Shown one piece after another: positions 1-11,768 of a DNA stretch of 64,000 bases. The first letter of the stretch is position 1. Every line of letters begins with the position of its first letter. Position numbers and translations under genes: made by a program. A model generated the notes under the pieces. The model was given only the letters and a program-made list of their open reading frames with translations. It made no database searches and had not been told where the DNA came from. The stretch covers positions 1,504,001 to 1,568,000 of the forward strand of contig CBDBCZ010000019.1 in the NCBI GenBank assembly GCA_965203295.1. Direction: 5' to 3'. Source of the stretch: Nitrospirales bacterium (GTDB lineage: Bacteria > Nitrospirota > Nitrospiria > Nitrospirales > UBA8639).

Positions 1-1
1 A

Positions 2-643
2 TCCACTTCTCTTCAAGGTGTCTACCTTATTCTCGATGAGCAATGGGCTCACAAGTGCCCACTTGTTGAAGTTTTAGAGATTGCGGCACATCTCGGTGTC
101 AAGATATTTCAACATCGTTGCACCGGTATGCCCATGGCTCTGGCTTTTCAACGCGCGACTCTTCTTGCGCAGGCAGCGGCTCGCTGTGGGGCAACATTTC
201 TTGTCAATGATCGAGCTGATTTGGCTGTGGCAGTGAATGCCGATGGAGTGCATCTTGGTCAAGAAGACCTTCCGGTCGATCTTACGCGGATCATTGTCGG
301 GCCTGACAAAGTGATTGGATTGTCTACTCACAATCTCGCTCAAGTTCGGGAGGGTTCGAGTTTGCCAGTCGATTACCTGGGAATTGGGCCTGTGTTTCCT
401 AGCAACACAAAAAAGGATCATGCGAAACCAATCGGACTTGATGGAGTTCGCCAGTTAAGGGCTTTGACCACATTGCCTTTGTTTGCCATTGGGGGGATCA
501 CTTCAACCTGCGTGAAAGATCTCAGAAACGCAGGAGTTGATGGCGTGGCGGTGGCATCTGCCATACTGGACGCAGAAAATCTGGAAGTGGCTATCAAGGG
601 TTTTGTTAGTCAGGTTTCAGGAGGAGATCAGCTAACTGAGTAA
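2..643 (+). CDS. thiE: Thiamine-phosphate synthase, 5' end outside window
   Basis: Frame is open from base 2 (STSLQGVYLILDEQ...). Contains motifs VNDRADLA, GVHLGQEDL, GLSTHN, DYLGIGPVF.S.TK, AIGGI and GVAVASAI. Confidence 0.93.
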   Translation, partial: STSLQGVYLILDEQWAHKCPLVEVLEIAAHLGVKIFQHRCTGMPMALAFQRATLLAQAAARCGATFLVNDRADLAVAVNADGVHLGQEDLPVDLTRIIVGPDKVIGLSTHNLAQVREGSSLPVDYLGIGPVFPSNTKKDHAKPIGLDGVRQLRALTTLPLFAIGGITSTCVKDLRNAGVDGVAVASAILDAENLEVAIKGFVSQVSGGDQLTE

Positions 644-1367
644 TGCAGGGTTCTGCTGATAACGTGACGACACCTGTATCCCAGTTCTGCTCAAGTGCTG
701 GATGATGTTGAAGAGGGCCTAATACAGGAATCCCACTTAATTCTCGGGTGACTTGAACGGTGGATTCACACTGGAGTATTTGTTCTGAAGTCTTAGGGAA
801 GGCATGTGGATGATTGAATATAATTGCGAGCACCTGGATGCCAGACAAGTTGAGCCCCTCCAAAGTTAAGAGAGTATGATTGATTGCTCCCAAAGATGTT
901 CGACTCACGATGATGCAAGGTAGTCCGAGAAGCGCGATGAGATCTCTCACCACATGTGTTGCGGAAATCGGAACACAGAGACCGCCAATTCCCTCAACGA
1001 GTATGTATTCGTAACGTGTTTTCATCGATTGATAAGCAGAAGTGATTTGGGTGATATCAATAGGGATGCCTTCGCTTCGACTCGCGGTTATCGGTACAAG
1101 CGCAGAGGCGAAAGAATAGGGACAAATCACGTTTTGAGGTTCTGAAGGACTCACGCATCGTCGTAGGCGCTCAGCATCTGACTGTTTTTCATCTCTACCT
1201 TGAACTCCTGTTTCCACGGGCTTCATCACACCTACTTTTTTGCCTCGAGCTTGACAGGCCAGAGCGAGAGCGGCGGTAATCACCGTTTTCCCCACTCCTG
1301 TATCAGAGCCGGTAATAAAATATCCTTTTTCGTTCCTGGCATAGGGTCTTGTTGAATGATTGGACAT
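606..1367 (-). CDS. bioD: Dethiobiotin synthetase
   Basis: Motifs FITGSDTGVGKT, MKPVETG, VEGIGG and LGAINHTLLT. Confidence 0.95.
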   Translation of the reverse strand: MSNHSTRPYARNEKGYFITGSDTGVGKTVITAALALACQARGKKVGVMKPVETGVQGRDEKQSDAERLRRCVSPSEPQNVICPYSFASALVPITASRSEGIPIDITQITSAYQSMKTRYEYILVEGIGGLCVPISATHVVRDLIALLGLPCIIVSRTSLGAINHTLLTLEGLNLSGIQVLAIIFNHPHAFPKTSEQILQCESTVQVTRELSGIPVLGPLQHHPALEQNWDTGVVTLSAEPCITQLADLLLKPD

Positions 1368-1379
1368 AGGAGAAAAGAG

Positions 1380-2141
1380 TTACCAAATTCGGCTGTCGAG
1401 ATTAAAAACCTGGCCGGAGGCTTCCCTCATTTGAGAAACATGAAAGATCGCGTCGGCGATGGAATCCAGATGAGGGGTTCGTTGGAGAACATGATTCGTC
1501 AAATCATGTGGTTCTGGGAAACCTTCTCCTGCAAGATTGGACTGATGCCATCCTGGAAATACGATGTTGATCCTAACATTGAAGGGTCCCCATTCTTTCG
1601 CAGTTGATTTCATGAGTCCCAAAAGACCTGCCTTGGCAGTCGAATAGGCTGCTTGCCCCATGGTACCTTGGAGAGTTGATAGGGAACCCACGATAATAAC
1701 AACACCATTGTTTTGGGATAAAAAAATAGGAGCGACGGATTTCAGGCAATAAAAAACACCTCTGAGATTAACTCGCAGCATGTCTTCCCATTCTTTAGGA
1801 GAGGTGCGAAGTAATAAATTTGTTTTGGCGTGACCAGCATTACACACTAAAACATCGAGCTTGCCCCAGTTTTTTCCTAACGTCTCTATCATCGTGGTGA
1901 CTTCTTGATATTGCTGAAGGTCTGCTTGAACAACCTGAGCTTCGCCTCCTGCTTTATCCACGAGTTCGGCTGTTTTACGTGCTTCGGTTTGTTGTGTATG
2001 GTAATGAACGCCAACACGCCATTTTTCTTTGGCAAAGCGATGACAAACGGCTCTCCCGATTTTTCCGGATCCACCAGTCACGAGGATGGATTGAGAGGTG
2101 TTCTTATATCCCTGTTTTCTATGAGAAAATGTTGAGTCCAT
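1380..2141 (-). CDS. SDR-family oxidoreductase, FabG-like; possibly linked to biotin synthesis
   Basis: TGGSGKIG Rossmann motif, CNAG, and YSTAK catalytic motif. The likely start is ATG at 2141. Lies directly upstream of bioD. Confidence 0.85.
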   Translation of the reverse strand: MDSTFSHRKQGYKNTSQSILVTGGSGKIGRAVCHRFAKEKWRVGVHYHTQQTEARKTAELVDKAGGEAQVVQADLQQYQEVTTMIETLGKNWGKLDVLVCNAGHAKTNLLLRTSPKEWEDMLRVNLRGVFYCLKSVAPIFLSQNNGVVIIVGSLSTLQGTMGQAAYSTAKAGLLGLMKSTAKEWGPFNVRINIVFPGWHQSNLAGEGFPEPHDLTNHVLQRTPHLDSIADAIFHVSQMREASGQVFNLDSRIW

Positions 2142-2478
2142 ACCAAAAAGCAGCTTTGGTCCTTGAAGCACGTGAAGGAAGATTATCCAGATCGTATATG
2201 AGAAAGGCAATGAATCTGGTGCATTGAAAAAAAATGGACTCCTGCGTGGTCTTGATGAGCTAGTAAAGGCTGTGATAGGTTGGCCTCCCCCTATATCAAG
2301 ATGGTAGATACCATTTCATAATCCTGATAAGTCCTTCATTTGTTTGTTCTCTGCAGGCACATTTCATCGATGGCAATGTGAAAATTTCTTTTATTTACGA
2401 TGTGAGAGGAACGAAAAGTTTTTCCGGGATCTTGAAGGTTCCCTTCGATAGGGAAGAATAGAATAAAGGAGAAATGAA

Positions 2479-3393
2479 TTGAATCGTTGCTGTGGGAACG
2501 GACTGTCATATGTTGCGAGCATCCTTGTTTTTGTTTTGTCATTTTTTGCGATAACGGGGGCGCTCAAGAATTCCTGTTGGGCCCAGGGTGAGGGTGAAAA
2601 GGTTGTTGAAGGAGAACCATTTTTCCCTGACCAGAAGGGAAATGAGTGGTAATATCGTGGGAGGATTATTGAAGGTCGCGTTGATCAGATTTCTGAGAAA
2701 ACCTTTGAAAATATTTCAACCGTCAAGGGAGAGGATACTATTGATGGGCTAAAGGTGACCGTTTTTCATGATACCAATCCAGGCGATCAGGGTCCTACCG
2801 ATAGTTACTATGTGCGTGATGCCGCCGGTATTCGCTACTATGGTTCAAAGCCTTGGACCAAACTCGAAGAGCAAATTGTGCCTTATCAAATTATTCGATT
2901 TCCTATTGCTGTTTCCAGCTCCTTTCAGCAACTGGATCGAACGAATTTGGACCTTGGACTGGATTTAGATCGTGACGGAAGCAGTGAGCGCGTCGATGTT
3001 CGTGCGATTGTGACTGTGGTCGGTATAGGTCCTCTTTCAGTATCCCTGGGCACTTTTGAGGAGGTCGTGGAGATGGAAGCTCAAATGTCTCTAAAGGTCC
3101 ATCTTTCGAGAAGCAATGGGATTGTCAAGGGGTCCGATAGAATGACGGCTTGGTTTGTGAGAGGAGTGGGGCTCGTAAAATATGTTGAACGTCAGACTCT
3201 GCCGATGGTGGGCAATATCAAACAACGATCGATACAAATCATCGAGGAACTGGAAAAGATAAATTTTAATGATACCTTGATGTCAGGACGCGGGAGCAAA
3301 GCCACGGCGAAGGGTATTTTCACAAACGATGCGTTGAACCATGAACTGAGGCAAGTATCCTTTCCCTCCCGCTTTCATCCCCACTCCCGATAA
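2479..3393 (+). pseudogene. Exported hypothetical protein interrupted by one in-frame TAA (2650-2652)
   Basis: AAGGAG RBS then TTG at 2479 and a signal-peptide-like segment. Reads FFPDQKGNEW*YRGRII, in frame with ORF 2755..3393. Confidence 0.7.
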
Positions 3394-6266
3394 TCGATGT
3401 CCGCCGAAAAGTTGCCGACCGACCAGGGAGCCGGTAATCGCACGGTTGATGTAGAGATTCCCCACCTCAAAGTTCTGACGGGCCAGATGAATATGACCTG
3501 GACTACGAGAGTATAGCCCTCCAGTCAAGGCATAAGAACAGTGATTCGCTATCTGCAGAGCCTTCTGGAAATTTGAAGCCTTTATGATCGCGAGCACAGG
3601 GCCGAAAATTTCCTCCTGAGCCAGCCGGTGACCTGAAGAATATTGGTAAAAATGACTGGCCCCTGAAACCAACCTTCCCCATCGATCTTTCGGTCTAATA
3701 CTAACTGTCCTTCGTGTTGTCCGATTTGCACATATTCATGCACCTTCGCTAGAGCCCGTTCATCGATCATGGGTCCCATATGATTAGTTGGGTCTTCGGG
3801 CGGCCCAATATGCAGACTATCTGCCGCCAGGAGAAGGTGTTGGACAAATGTGTCATAAATGGATTCAAGAACGATAGCCCGCGAGCAAGCCGAACATTTT
3901 TGTCCCTGATAGCCTGTCATGGAGGAAAACACGCCGGTGACGGCTTCATCAAGATCGGCTGTTTCATCAACAATGATGGCATTTTTCCCGCCCATTTCTG
4001 CAATGACATGTTTGACGTGAGACTGGTCCGAAGACACGTTCACGGCTTTTTTCATGATTTGAAGGCCCACTTCTTTAGATCCTGTGAAGGCGATCGTATG
4101 AACCTGAGGGTGTGTCATTAAAGCTTGACCTACTTGTGGTCCGCCAGGCAAAAAATATAAGACGTTCTCTGGAACGCCGGCTTCACGAAGAATCTGATAT
4201 AAGTAATAGGCCATCATGAGAGAACGTTCAGACGGTTTAAATAACACGACGTTCCCTGTCACCAACGTAGCCGAAACCATTCCAGTAGGAATTGCAAGAG
4301 AAAAATTCCAGGGGGAGATTACTACCGATAATCCACGAGGGCTCCAAATCAGATGATTGAGTTCCCCCGGTTCGTGTCCTAATCGAGAAGGCTTCCCAAG
4401 AATTCGCATGTCCTCAGCATAAAACTCAATAAACTCAATAAAATCAATGGCTTCAGCCACATCGGCGTCGGCTTCACGCCAAGGCTTTCCAGTTTCAAAT
4501 ATTTCCCAAGCTGCCAGTTCAAACCGTCTTTTCCGCATGAGAGCGGCGGCTCTGACAAGCATATCGGCGCGTGAATCCGGAGAAGTCATTCCCCACGCTT
4601 CTTGATGGCAGGAAGCTTCTTGAATAATATCGTGAATGACTTCAGGTTTGGGACATTGCACTCTAGCAATTTCCTCTTGAGGACGGCTGGGATTAACGGA
4701 GACGAATTCTTCAGAGGAGAGTGTCTCCACCAAGGGAATCATCAACGGGATCTGCTGGCCAAATTGTGCACGAACCTGATCTATCGCCTGACTCATGTTC
4801 AAGCGACTGGATTCCAAGGAGAAGTTGGTATGGGGTTGATTGTGAAATTCGTGTACAGACTGAGGTGAGGGCAACAATGGATCCGTGCGTGCGTGGGCTC
4901 CATTGCCAGTCATTGCGATTGGCGGGGAGAGTAATTGCTCTATGGGTTCCACGTGATCCTTTTGCTTATGGATAAATGACTCGTTGGACGTGTTTTCCAA
5001 AAGGCGTCTGACAAGATAGGCCATTCCCGGAATGAGTTCACCTACAGGCGTGTAGATGCGAACCCGCCGGCCGTACTTGACAACGGCACTCTGTAACGCA
5101 TCAGCCATCCCATAGAGCGATTGATACTCATAGCTATTCGGAGCGAATTCTCGTATTTGAGCTATAGCCTCAGCGTGCGCCAGGCTTCGCAGATTGTGTG
5201 TGCCAAAGGCTGGCCTGAACAGGGCAGGGTGGTCTAATAGCTTGTGACTGAGGTATTCGAAATTGGCGTCGGTCTCTTCCTTTTGCTATAAAACTGGAAC
5301 CGGCCAGCCTCGCTGTTCATTTTGTATCGTTTCAGCATCCCAATACGCACCTTTGACCAAGCGGATGATAATAGACGTGCGTCGTTGCTGTACCCAATCG
5401 ACCAAGCGATCAAGTGTCAAGTCGGCATCTCGTAAATAGGTTTGGAGCGCAATGCCAGCGCAGGCATATTGCCGATAGGCTGATTCCGAAAAAATGCGCA
5501 TGAAAATTTCGTAAGTTAAATCTTTCAGCTCATATTGCTCCATATCGAAAGTAATCGCAGCAGGAAGTTGCAAAGCCAAATCCAGAATAGGCCGGAGCCG
5601 GGAGGCGACGCCGTGGTAACTTCCATCTTGATCGGCCGGATCCAGTTGAGAATAGAGCGCGGAGATTTTTATCGACAGATTTACCCGGGGAATACGACCG
5701 ATGTGATCCTGTTCTAACAATGGTCGCGAAGGCCAGCGTTGAGCATGATCATGTTATACGCGAAGTGCGTCGAGGCAGCGATCACGATAAGAATCGGCTT
5801 CAGCCTCACTGACGGAGGCTTCTCCTAAAAGATCAACTGACGCACATCGCCCAGTCCTCCAAAGTTTACCTAGGATCGGCATTGCGTTATACATTGAATC
5901 ACCGGCCATGAAGGTATGAGCCATGCGCATGAATTGTCGCCGGAGCACTAGGGCCCCGACATGCGAGCCGATCCAAGAAACAGGGAGTTTTTTAAGTGAC
6001 CATTTCAGTGGTTGGGGAAGAATCGGCGTGCCACCAAAATACTCAGCGAGGAGGCGGTTAAACTGTTCATCAGTTTTCAAGGTGGGGAGGACATCGACGA
6101 ACCGAAAAAGCTGGACTTTAAAGTCCTCATCCCGCATGCCCCAATCCATGAGCAAGTCATTCCACCACCCTTGGCTCAGGATGTTCGGTGTGCTGGTTTT
6201 GGAATGTTCAGCAAGCGTTCGGCTGATGCGTTGAATAGAAGGTTCGAGCAGTTCGTTTAAGATCAT
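3283..6266 (-). pseudogene. putA: Bifunctional proline dehydrogenase / P5C dehydrogenase, broken
   Basis: PRODH motifs FKVQLFRFVDVLP and RLVKGAYWDAE, then AYLVRRLLENTSN, then ALDH motifs EMGGKN, GQKCSACSR and EEIFGPVL. In-frame TAA at 5754 and TAG at 5286, a frameshift near 3640, and a 9-bp duplication at 4422-4439. Confidence 0.93.
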
Positions 6267-6425
6267 GCCGTTCCCCCACTCCTCTTACATTATACCTCCT
6301 CAGTTAAAGCATCCAAATATACAAGTACTTCCTAAACAAATCGGACCAGATTCTGTAGTTTGGTTCGAACATGCGGGATATTCTAAGCAAGAATGCCTAC
6401 GGACTCGGAGCTGAATGATGGCCAT

Positions 6426-6758
6426 TTACACGAGCACAAGTAGTGTCGTGTCAGGACTGTCTCCAAGAGTCTGGATATCCTGGTAATGTTGCTCTAGGAT
6501 GTGTGCGATCGTTTTTGTCGAACAATTTCCGCGCTTGATCCACACGATCTTTGGTGGGTCGTCAGAAAGCAGGCTTCGTTCGTGAAAGTCTGCATTTTTT
6601 GTCACGATGAGAAACTTCTCCTGCCGGGCATAGTTCCAGACTGCCTCATCTGAAGCTTGATCTAGGTTCACCCTGAGAACGTGGGCGGATCCTGGGCATA
6701 ACTTTGCGAGTTGATCAACCAATTTGGGTGAGAGGTTTTGATCGAAAAGAAGCTTCAT
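6426..6758 (-). CDS. DUF5615 PIN-like toxin (VapC45/Mut7-C-like)
   Basis: MKLLFDQNLSP start, VTKNADF and PPKIVWIKRGNCST. Overlaps the DUF433 gene by 4 nt. Confidence 0.85.
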   Translation of the reverse strand: MKLLFDQNLSPKLVDQLAKLCPGSAHVLRVNLDQASDEAVWNYARQEKFLIVTKNADFHERSLLSDDPPKIVWIKRGNCSTKTIAHILEQHYQDIQTLGDSPDTTLLVLV

Positions 6759-6979
6759 ACTTCGACTGCCATGAGATGGCGTTCACGATCGGCTGCATAG
6801 CTCAGACACGCTTGAATATCTTCTGATGTGAGGTAGGGAAAATCAGCCAGGATTTCCTCTTTTGTCATTCCTGAGGCTAGGTAATCAAGAACATCGCAGA
6901 CGGTCATTCGCATGCCTCGGATACAGGGTTTCCCTCCTCGTTTTCCTGGTTCAATCGTGATGATGTGTCGGTAGTTCAT
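6755..6979 (-). CDS. DUF433 antitoxin
   Basis: ITIEPGKRGGKPCIRG.R.TV.DVL and EEILADFPYLT.EDIQACLSYAA. Confidence 0.92.
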   Translation of the reverse strand: MNYRHIITIEPGKRGGKPCIRGMRMTVCDVLDYLASGMTKEEILADFPYLTSEDIQACLSYAADRERHLMAVEV

Positions 6980-7365
6980 TCTTGCGGTCCTCCGTTGTTT
7001 GAGAGCCTCCAGCGCCTTGTCGTCGTTATGGCTTGCTACTTACTCAGTGATGTGATAATACCTCAATTAAGGATACGATGAATAGGCTAGCATGATAATC
7101 TAGATGATCCGTGTGTACGCAATAAAGTACCCAGAAAAGTGCCGAGGACCTGGGGAGAGGGGTCGGGAGTGAAGTCAAATCTGTTGTTGCATGGGCGGAG
7201 CCGTCCGGGTCAAAGGATCGAGGTCAAGGGGCAAAGGATTGGGGTCACCGCTGGAATTGAGGGCAACACTTTACTTGCTAGGCAAGGCAATGCACGGGCT
7301 TACAATGGGCGACGAGGCCGTCACTTTGCACCGGCATAGAGCGACCAGGATCTAAACGAGGAGCT

Positions 7366-8480
7366 TCACTTTTTCGAGCAAGCTTTTACTTTTCGTCCGG
7401 TAATGCTTCCATGAGGGCCAGCGGTATTGAAAAAGGTGCCTTCGATGGTCCGATCGTGAGCGCTCAGGAGGAGGCTGTCCTCCTGATAACTCCTCGGAAA
7501 CTCCCATCGGATATAGACGGTGTTTCCTTGGATCTGGATTGTGGATGGTTGAGGATCAAGCCTGTCGTATTGATCAGGTGGGGGAAAGAGCATCGTGGTT
7601 TTATGGTTTTGGTGATTGTGAATAATCAATTGCCACGTTCCGCACAGTCGCATCAACGATTAGGTCTGTTGTGTTTTTGAGAGCCAGTTTTCTGCTGTTT
7701 GCCATTTAGAGAGAAAACGTCTTTCAGCATGAGCTTGGAGCCTAACGGCACTCGCAACCACGTGGGCCTTAAGAAAGGGAGAAATACGGGAAAAAAGATG
7801 CTGTTTAGCGAAGGTCTTGAGCATTGAGTCAGTGATGGTGTTTTGACTATTTGGAGCTTGATACTGGGTCAGGCGTTTGGAAAGCCCTGGTAGCCATTGG
7901 GTTTCAGCCAGGGCAACCCATGAGCTATTGGATCCGATAAATTCAGGGTAAGATTGATCGAAAAACCTGGCATAGGCATCGTAGGCTCTGGACTGCTCAG
8001 CAGAGAGAGATGGATGTGGATGTTTGACTATTTCAAAAAGAACAACGGCTAATGCGACGGTGGGTTGAATATCGGTTCCATGCATAGAAGCTGTGAGCCA
8101 TTCGAAGTGGCTGGAATCGCGTTCAAGGAATGTTTGAAGGGGAGTGGGATCTTGTTGTTGAACGGCTGTTTGGAGAGATTGGGAGTACTGCCAGACTGCT
8201 AACTCCCTGACAAGGTCGATTCCCGTTCGGGTGAGTTCTGAAGGATGTTGGGAAGCTAAGCCTTGATGGCGACGGCCTTTGGCCAAGGTATGAAGTTTGA
8301 AATCTTGACTGAAGGAGGAAAAGAAAAATGAGACGGCTTGATCATCTGATTCAATGCGGATTATCTGATCGGCTTTGTCACGAAGAATTAGGTGAAAGAC
8401 TGGATTCTTGAGCTGATATGGCTGAAGGAAAGAAAAGTAGAGGAAGGGAAAGAAGAGAAATGGGTAAAAATGTGAAAAGC
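7366..8480 (-). pseudogene. Exported hypothetical protein split by an in-frame TAA at 7660; further lesion near the 5' end
   Basis: ORFs 7660..8286 and 7366..7656 share a frame. A hydrophobic leader-like coding stretch continues upstream to ~8480, so the start is approximate. Confidence 0.55.
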
Positions 8481-8559
8481 GTAATCAATAAAGATCAAAA
8501 CCCTATTCCATGGGAGAAATAAAAGGTCGCGACGGTTCAGCCTCTCTATCCTTTGTGAG

Positions 8560-9381
8560 TTATGTGCTCAAATGTTTTTGTAAGAAGGTCACGGTTTCAC
8601 TCCAGGCCTTGCTGGTTGCCTCGGCATTATACAATGCCGATTGCGTTGTATTACAGAAACCTCGGCGAGTCTGAGGGTATCGTAGCACGGAAATTCCTTT
8701 TTCTGAGTTTTTCCCAATGTCTTCAAGTTGGGTAAGGTCCTCAGACGATACGGCATCGTCGTCTTCAGCCGCGTGATATAACAGGGGACAAAAAGCTTCT
8801 GTGAGCGATTCCAACGGAGAAGGCAGTTGACCGTAAAATGAGACTGCAGCTCGGAGACGCCGTCGTTGGCACGCAAATTGGAAGGCCAACGTTCCCCCCA
8901 TGTCAAAACCTACGATACCATGGACATTTCGTTTGGTGAATTCCAACAAGGGATCTTCTGGAATATTCGCGTTTAAATACTCGCAACAGGCTTTGATGTC
9001 CTGAAGGACGGTTGTGGAGTCAAGCCGATTTGCCAAGGCGTTCGCCACTTCCTCATTGGCTGTAATCATGCCACCTTGTCTTCCATAGAGGTTAGGCACC
9101 ATGACCACGAACCCTTCACAGGCTAGGCGGACGGCAACATCTTTTATTTGTGATGTTAACCCCCACCGTTCGTGCAACAAAACTATGCAAGGAAAGCGCC
9201 CTTTATCCTGGGGCCAAAACTGAGCCCCTTCGACTTGGGCTTCTTTGGGCATCCTCGTGTGGGCATATGGGTCAACCATATGGTCCTTATGCGTCTCGAA
9301 CACGCCCTTGCTGGAAAAACGAACGACTCCCGACCCAATTTGGTCAGGTGAATAGGGGGTTACACGTTCAGTCATGATCAA
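8560..9381 (-). CDS. Dienelactone hydrolase family protein
   Basis: LHERWGL, RLACEGFVVMVPNLY, GIVGFDMGG and VSFYG. The usual GFCxGG nucleophile is replaced by Asp. Confidence 0.85.
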   Translation of the reverse strand: MIMTERVTPYSPDQIGSGVVRFSSKGVFETHKDHMVDPYAHTRMPKEAQVEGAQFWPQDKGRFPCIVLLHERWGLTSQIKDVAVRLACEGFVVMVPNLYGRQGGMITANEEVANALANRLDSTTVLQDIKACCEYLNANIPEDPLLEFTKRNVHGIVGFDMGGTLAFQFACQRRRLRAAVSFYGQLPSPLESLTEAFCPLLYHAAEDDDAVSSEDLTQLEDIGKNSEKGISVLRYPQTRRGFCNTTQSALYNAEATSKAWSETVTFLQKHLST

Positions 9382-9565
9382 CTCGTGAGGAAATTGTGAA
9401 AAATTAGTGAAAATTGAAAGGGTTACGTTACTGGGGCCGATCAGTACTATATCGATCGCTTCAAAGAATTGTCAATAAAAGTTGGAAGAGACTCTCTCTG
9501 CTGTCAGCAACTCAGACTGCTTATGAATGCTGGCAGAGTGGATGAGTCTCTCATATCTAGAATTG

Positions 9566-10743
9566 TCATGGCTGCTTAAATTCCACCAATTCCGTTTGAC
9601 CGAGACCTTCTTTCACCATTGCGGGAATATCAAAGCGTTGCTCAGTTTGATGAACATCCTCGATTTTGGTTTTGATGCTGGGATGCGGCGGAACAAACAG
9701 GCTACAGCAGTCCTGATCCGGTTCAATGGATATATCAAAGGTACCGAGTCGTTGAGCTTGTTCCGTTATTTCAATCTTGTCCATTCCGATCAGCGGACGA
9801 AGAATGGGAAGATCGGGAACCTCATTGACCGCTTGGAGATTCTCCGGTGTTTGAGAAGCCACCTGACCCAAGCTGTCACCAGTCACCAACCTCCAGCATT
9901 TTTCTTGCCTAGCCAGGGTCTCAGCGATTCTCATCATGAATCGTCGGTAGAGAACAATCCGAATAGGGGCTGGAGCATCAAATACGATTTGGCGTTGGAT
10001 GTTCCCAAAGGGTATCAGATAAAGCCGGCAATACAGTTGGTACCATGTCAAATGGTTAACAAGGTCTCGAACCTTTTCCTCTGAAGCTCGAGAGAGATAG
10101 GGTCGTCCATGAAAATGAACAAACACAACCCGGCAACCACGTTTCATCATACGATAGGCAGCTACAGGAGAATCGATTCCCCCCGAAATCAATGACAGGA
10201 TTTTCCCGCTGATTCCCATCGGTAGTCCCCCCCTGGTCCAGGCTTTTTGCATAAGGAAAAATAGGATTCTCCATTCAGCACTTCAATAATGATATTGAGA
10301 TCGGGATTCCCTAAGTTCACTGGTTTCCCTGTTTGTTCACAGAGGTATGCGCCCACTTCTCGGTTGATGTCCAGAGATGACTTCGAAAATCGTTTTTCTG
10401 ACCGTTTTGTTGTGACCTTGAAGGTAGAAAAGGAAAGAGGGGTAATTGCTTCCCTGATGGCTTGGCATAGATGAGTCAGGTCTGGCGAAGATCGGTCAAA
10501 AGGAACACGGTGGGCTTGGGAAAAATTTGCGACTCCCAAGGTGTGTTTGAGTCTCTCCTGGATAGTGCACCAGGAGGTATCCCCATTCGGTGTAATCAGA
10601 ATACGCCCGGGAAGAGCCTCCACTCGAGTTATCCCTGTCCCTCGCAATACTGAACGCAGGTGTTGGACGAGGCGCTGTTCGAAATATCCTCGGTTTCGAC
10701 CTTTTAATGCGAGTTCGTGGTAGTGGACGAGCGCAAAACGCAT
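9566..10743 (-). pseudogene. thiI: tRNA 4-thiouridine synthase ThiI, frameshifted in a G7 run
   Basis: N-terminal HYHELALKGRNRGYFE plus THUMP domain. C-terminal GGLPMG, SGGIDSPVA, TGDSLGQVASQT and DCC. Frame changes at C7 (10227-10233). Confidence 0.9.
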
Positions 10744-11660
10744 TATGGATTCGTTTCTAAGAATCGTTCAGCGTCGATGGCTGCCATACACCCTGATCCA
10801 GCCGCGGTCACGGCTTGCCGGTAGTGGGGGTCTTGTACATCGCCTGCGGCAAATACGCCGGGCACATTGGTGGATGTGCCATGTTGCGTTTGAAGATATC
10901 CATTGGCATCCATATCTAACTGGCCTTGGAATAAGCTTGTGTTCGGCTGGTGGCCAATCGCGACGAAGACACCTGCACAAGGAATTTCTGATGTTGTCTG
11001 AGTTTCAGTGTCTCGAACTCGCACACCACTGACCAGGCTCTCACCAAGAATCTCTTCTACGATTGCGTTCCACCGAAACACCAATTTGTCATTGTTAAAC
11101 GCTCTATCCTGCATGATCTTCGAGGCACGCAATTTGTCGCGACGGTGCACCACGGTGACTTTTGTCGCGAATTTTGTCAAAAATATGGCTTCTTCCAAAG
11201 CGCTATCTCCACCACCTACCACCACAAGTTCCTTCCCTCGGAAGAAAAACCCATCACAGGTGGCGCAAGTGGAAACGCCATGGCCCATAAGCTGACTTTC
11301 AGATGGTAAGCCAAGCAGATTGGCTGAAGCCCCGGTTGTGATAACCAATGTTTTTGTTTGAACTTCTTTCTCGTCGTTAATGGTCAGGGTGAAAGGGCGA
11401 GAACGTAAATCCACGGCGGTGAGATCGGCTCGCTCGAATGTCGTACCAAAGCGCTCGGCCTGATCACGCATATCCTGAATGAGTTGCGGACCTAAAATTC
11501 CACTGGGAAAACCCGGATAATTTTCCACATCAGTCGTCAGAATCAATTGCCCTCCGGCCTGTGCTCCTTCGAGAAGCAGAGGGGAGAGGGTGGCTCTGGA
11601 TGTATAAATAGCCGCAGTAAGGCCAGAGGGGCCTGATCCGACAATTACGACATTGTGCAT
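10743..11660 (-). CDS. trxB: Thioredoxin reductase
   Basis: [33 protein letters not shown] and GDV.D.YRQA.TAAG.GC. Confidence 0.97.
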   Translation of the reverse strand: MHNVVIVGSGPSGLTAAIYTSRATLSPLLLEGAQAGGQLILTTDVENYPGFPSGILGPQLIQDMRDQAERFGTTFERADLTAVDLRSRPFTLTINDEKEVQTKTLVITTGASANLLGLPSESQLMGHGVSTCATCDGFFFRGKELVVVGGGDSALEEAIFLTKFATKVTVVHRRDKLRASKIMQDRAFNNDKLVFRWNAIVEEILGESLVSGVRVRDTETQTTSEIPCAGVFVAIGHQPNTSLFQGQLDMDANGYLQTQHGTSTNVPGVFAAGDVQDPHYRQAVTAAGSGCMAAIDAERFLETNP

Positions 11661-11768
11661 GACATCTCCTTCTTAGCAGTTTGATGATGAAACGGAATTC
11701 TTAACCGACCCGAAGAATGTCGAGAGGTGATCTATCTCACTTTTTCCCTAGTAAGAAATTATTGACAA

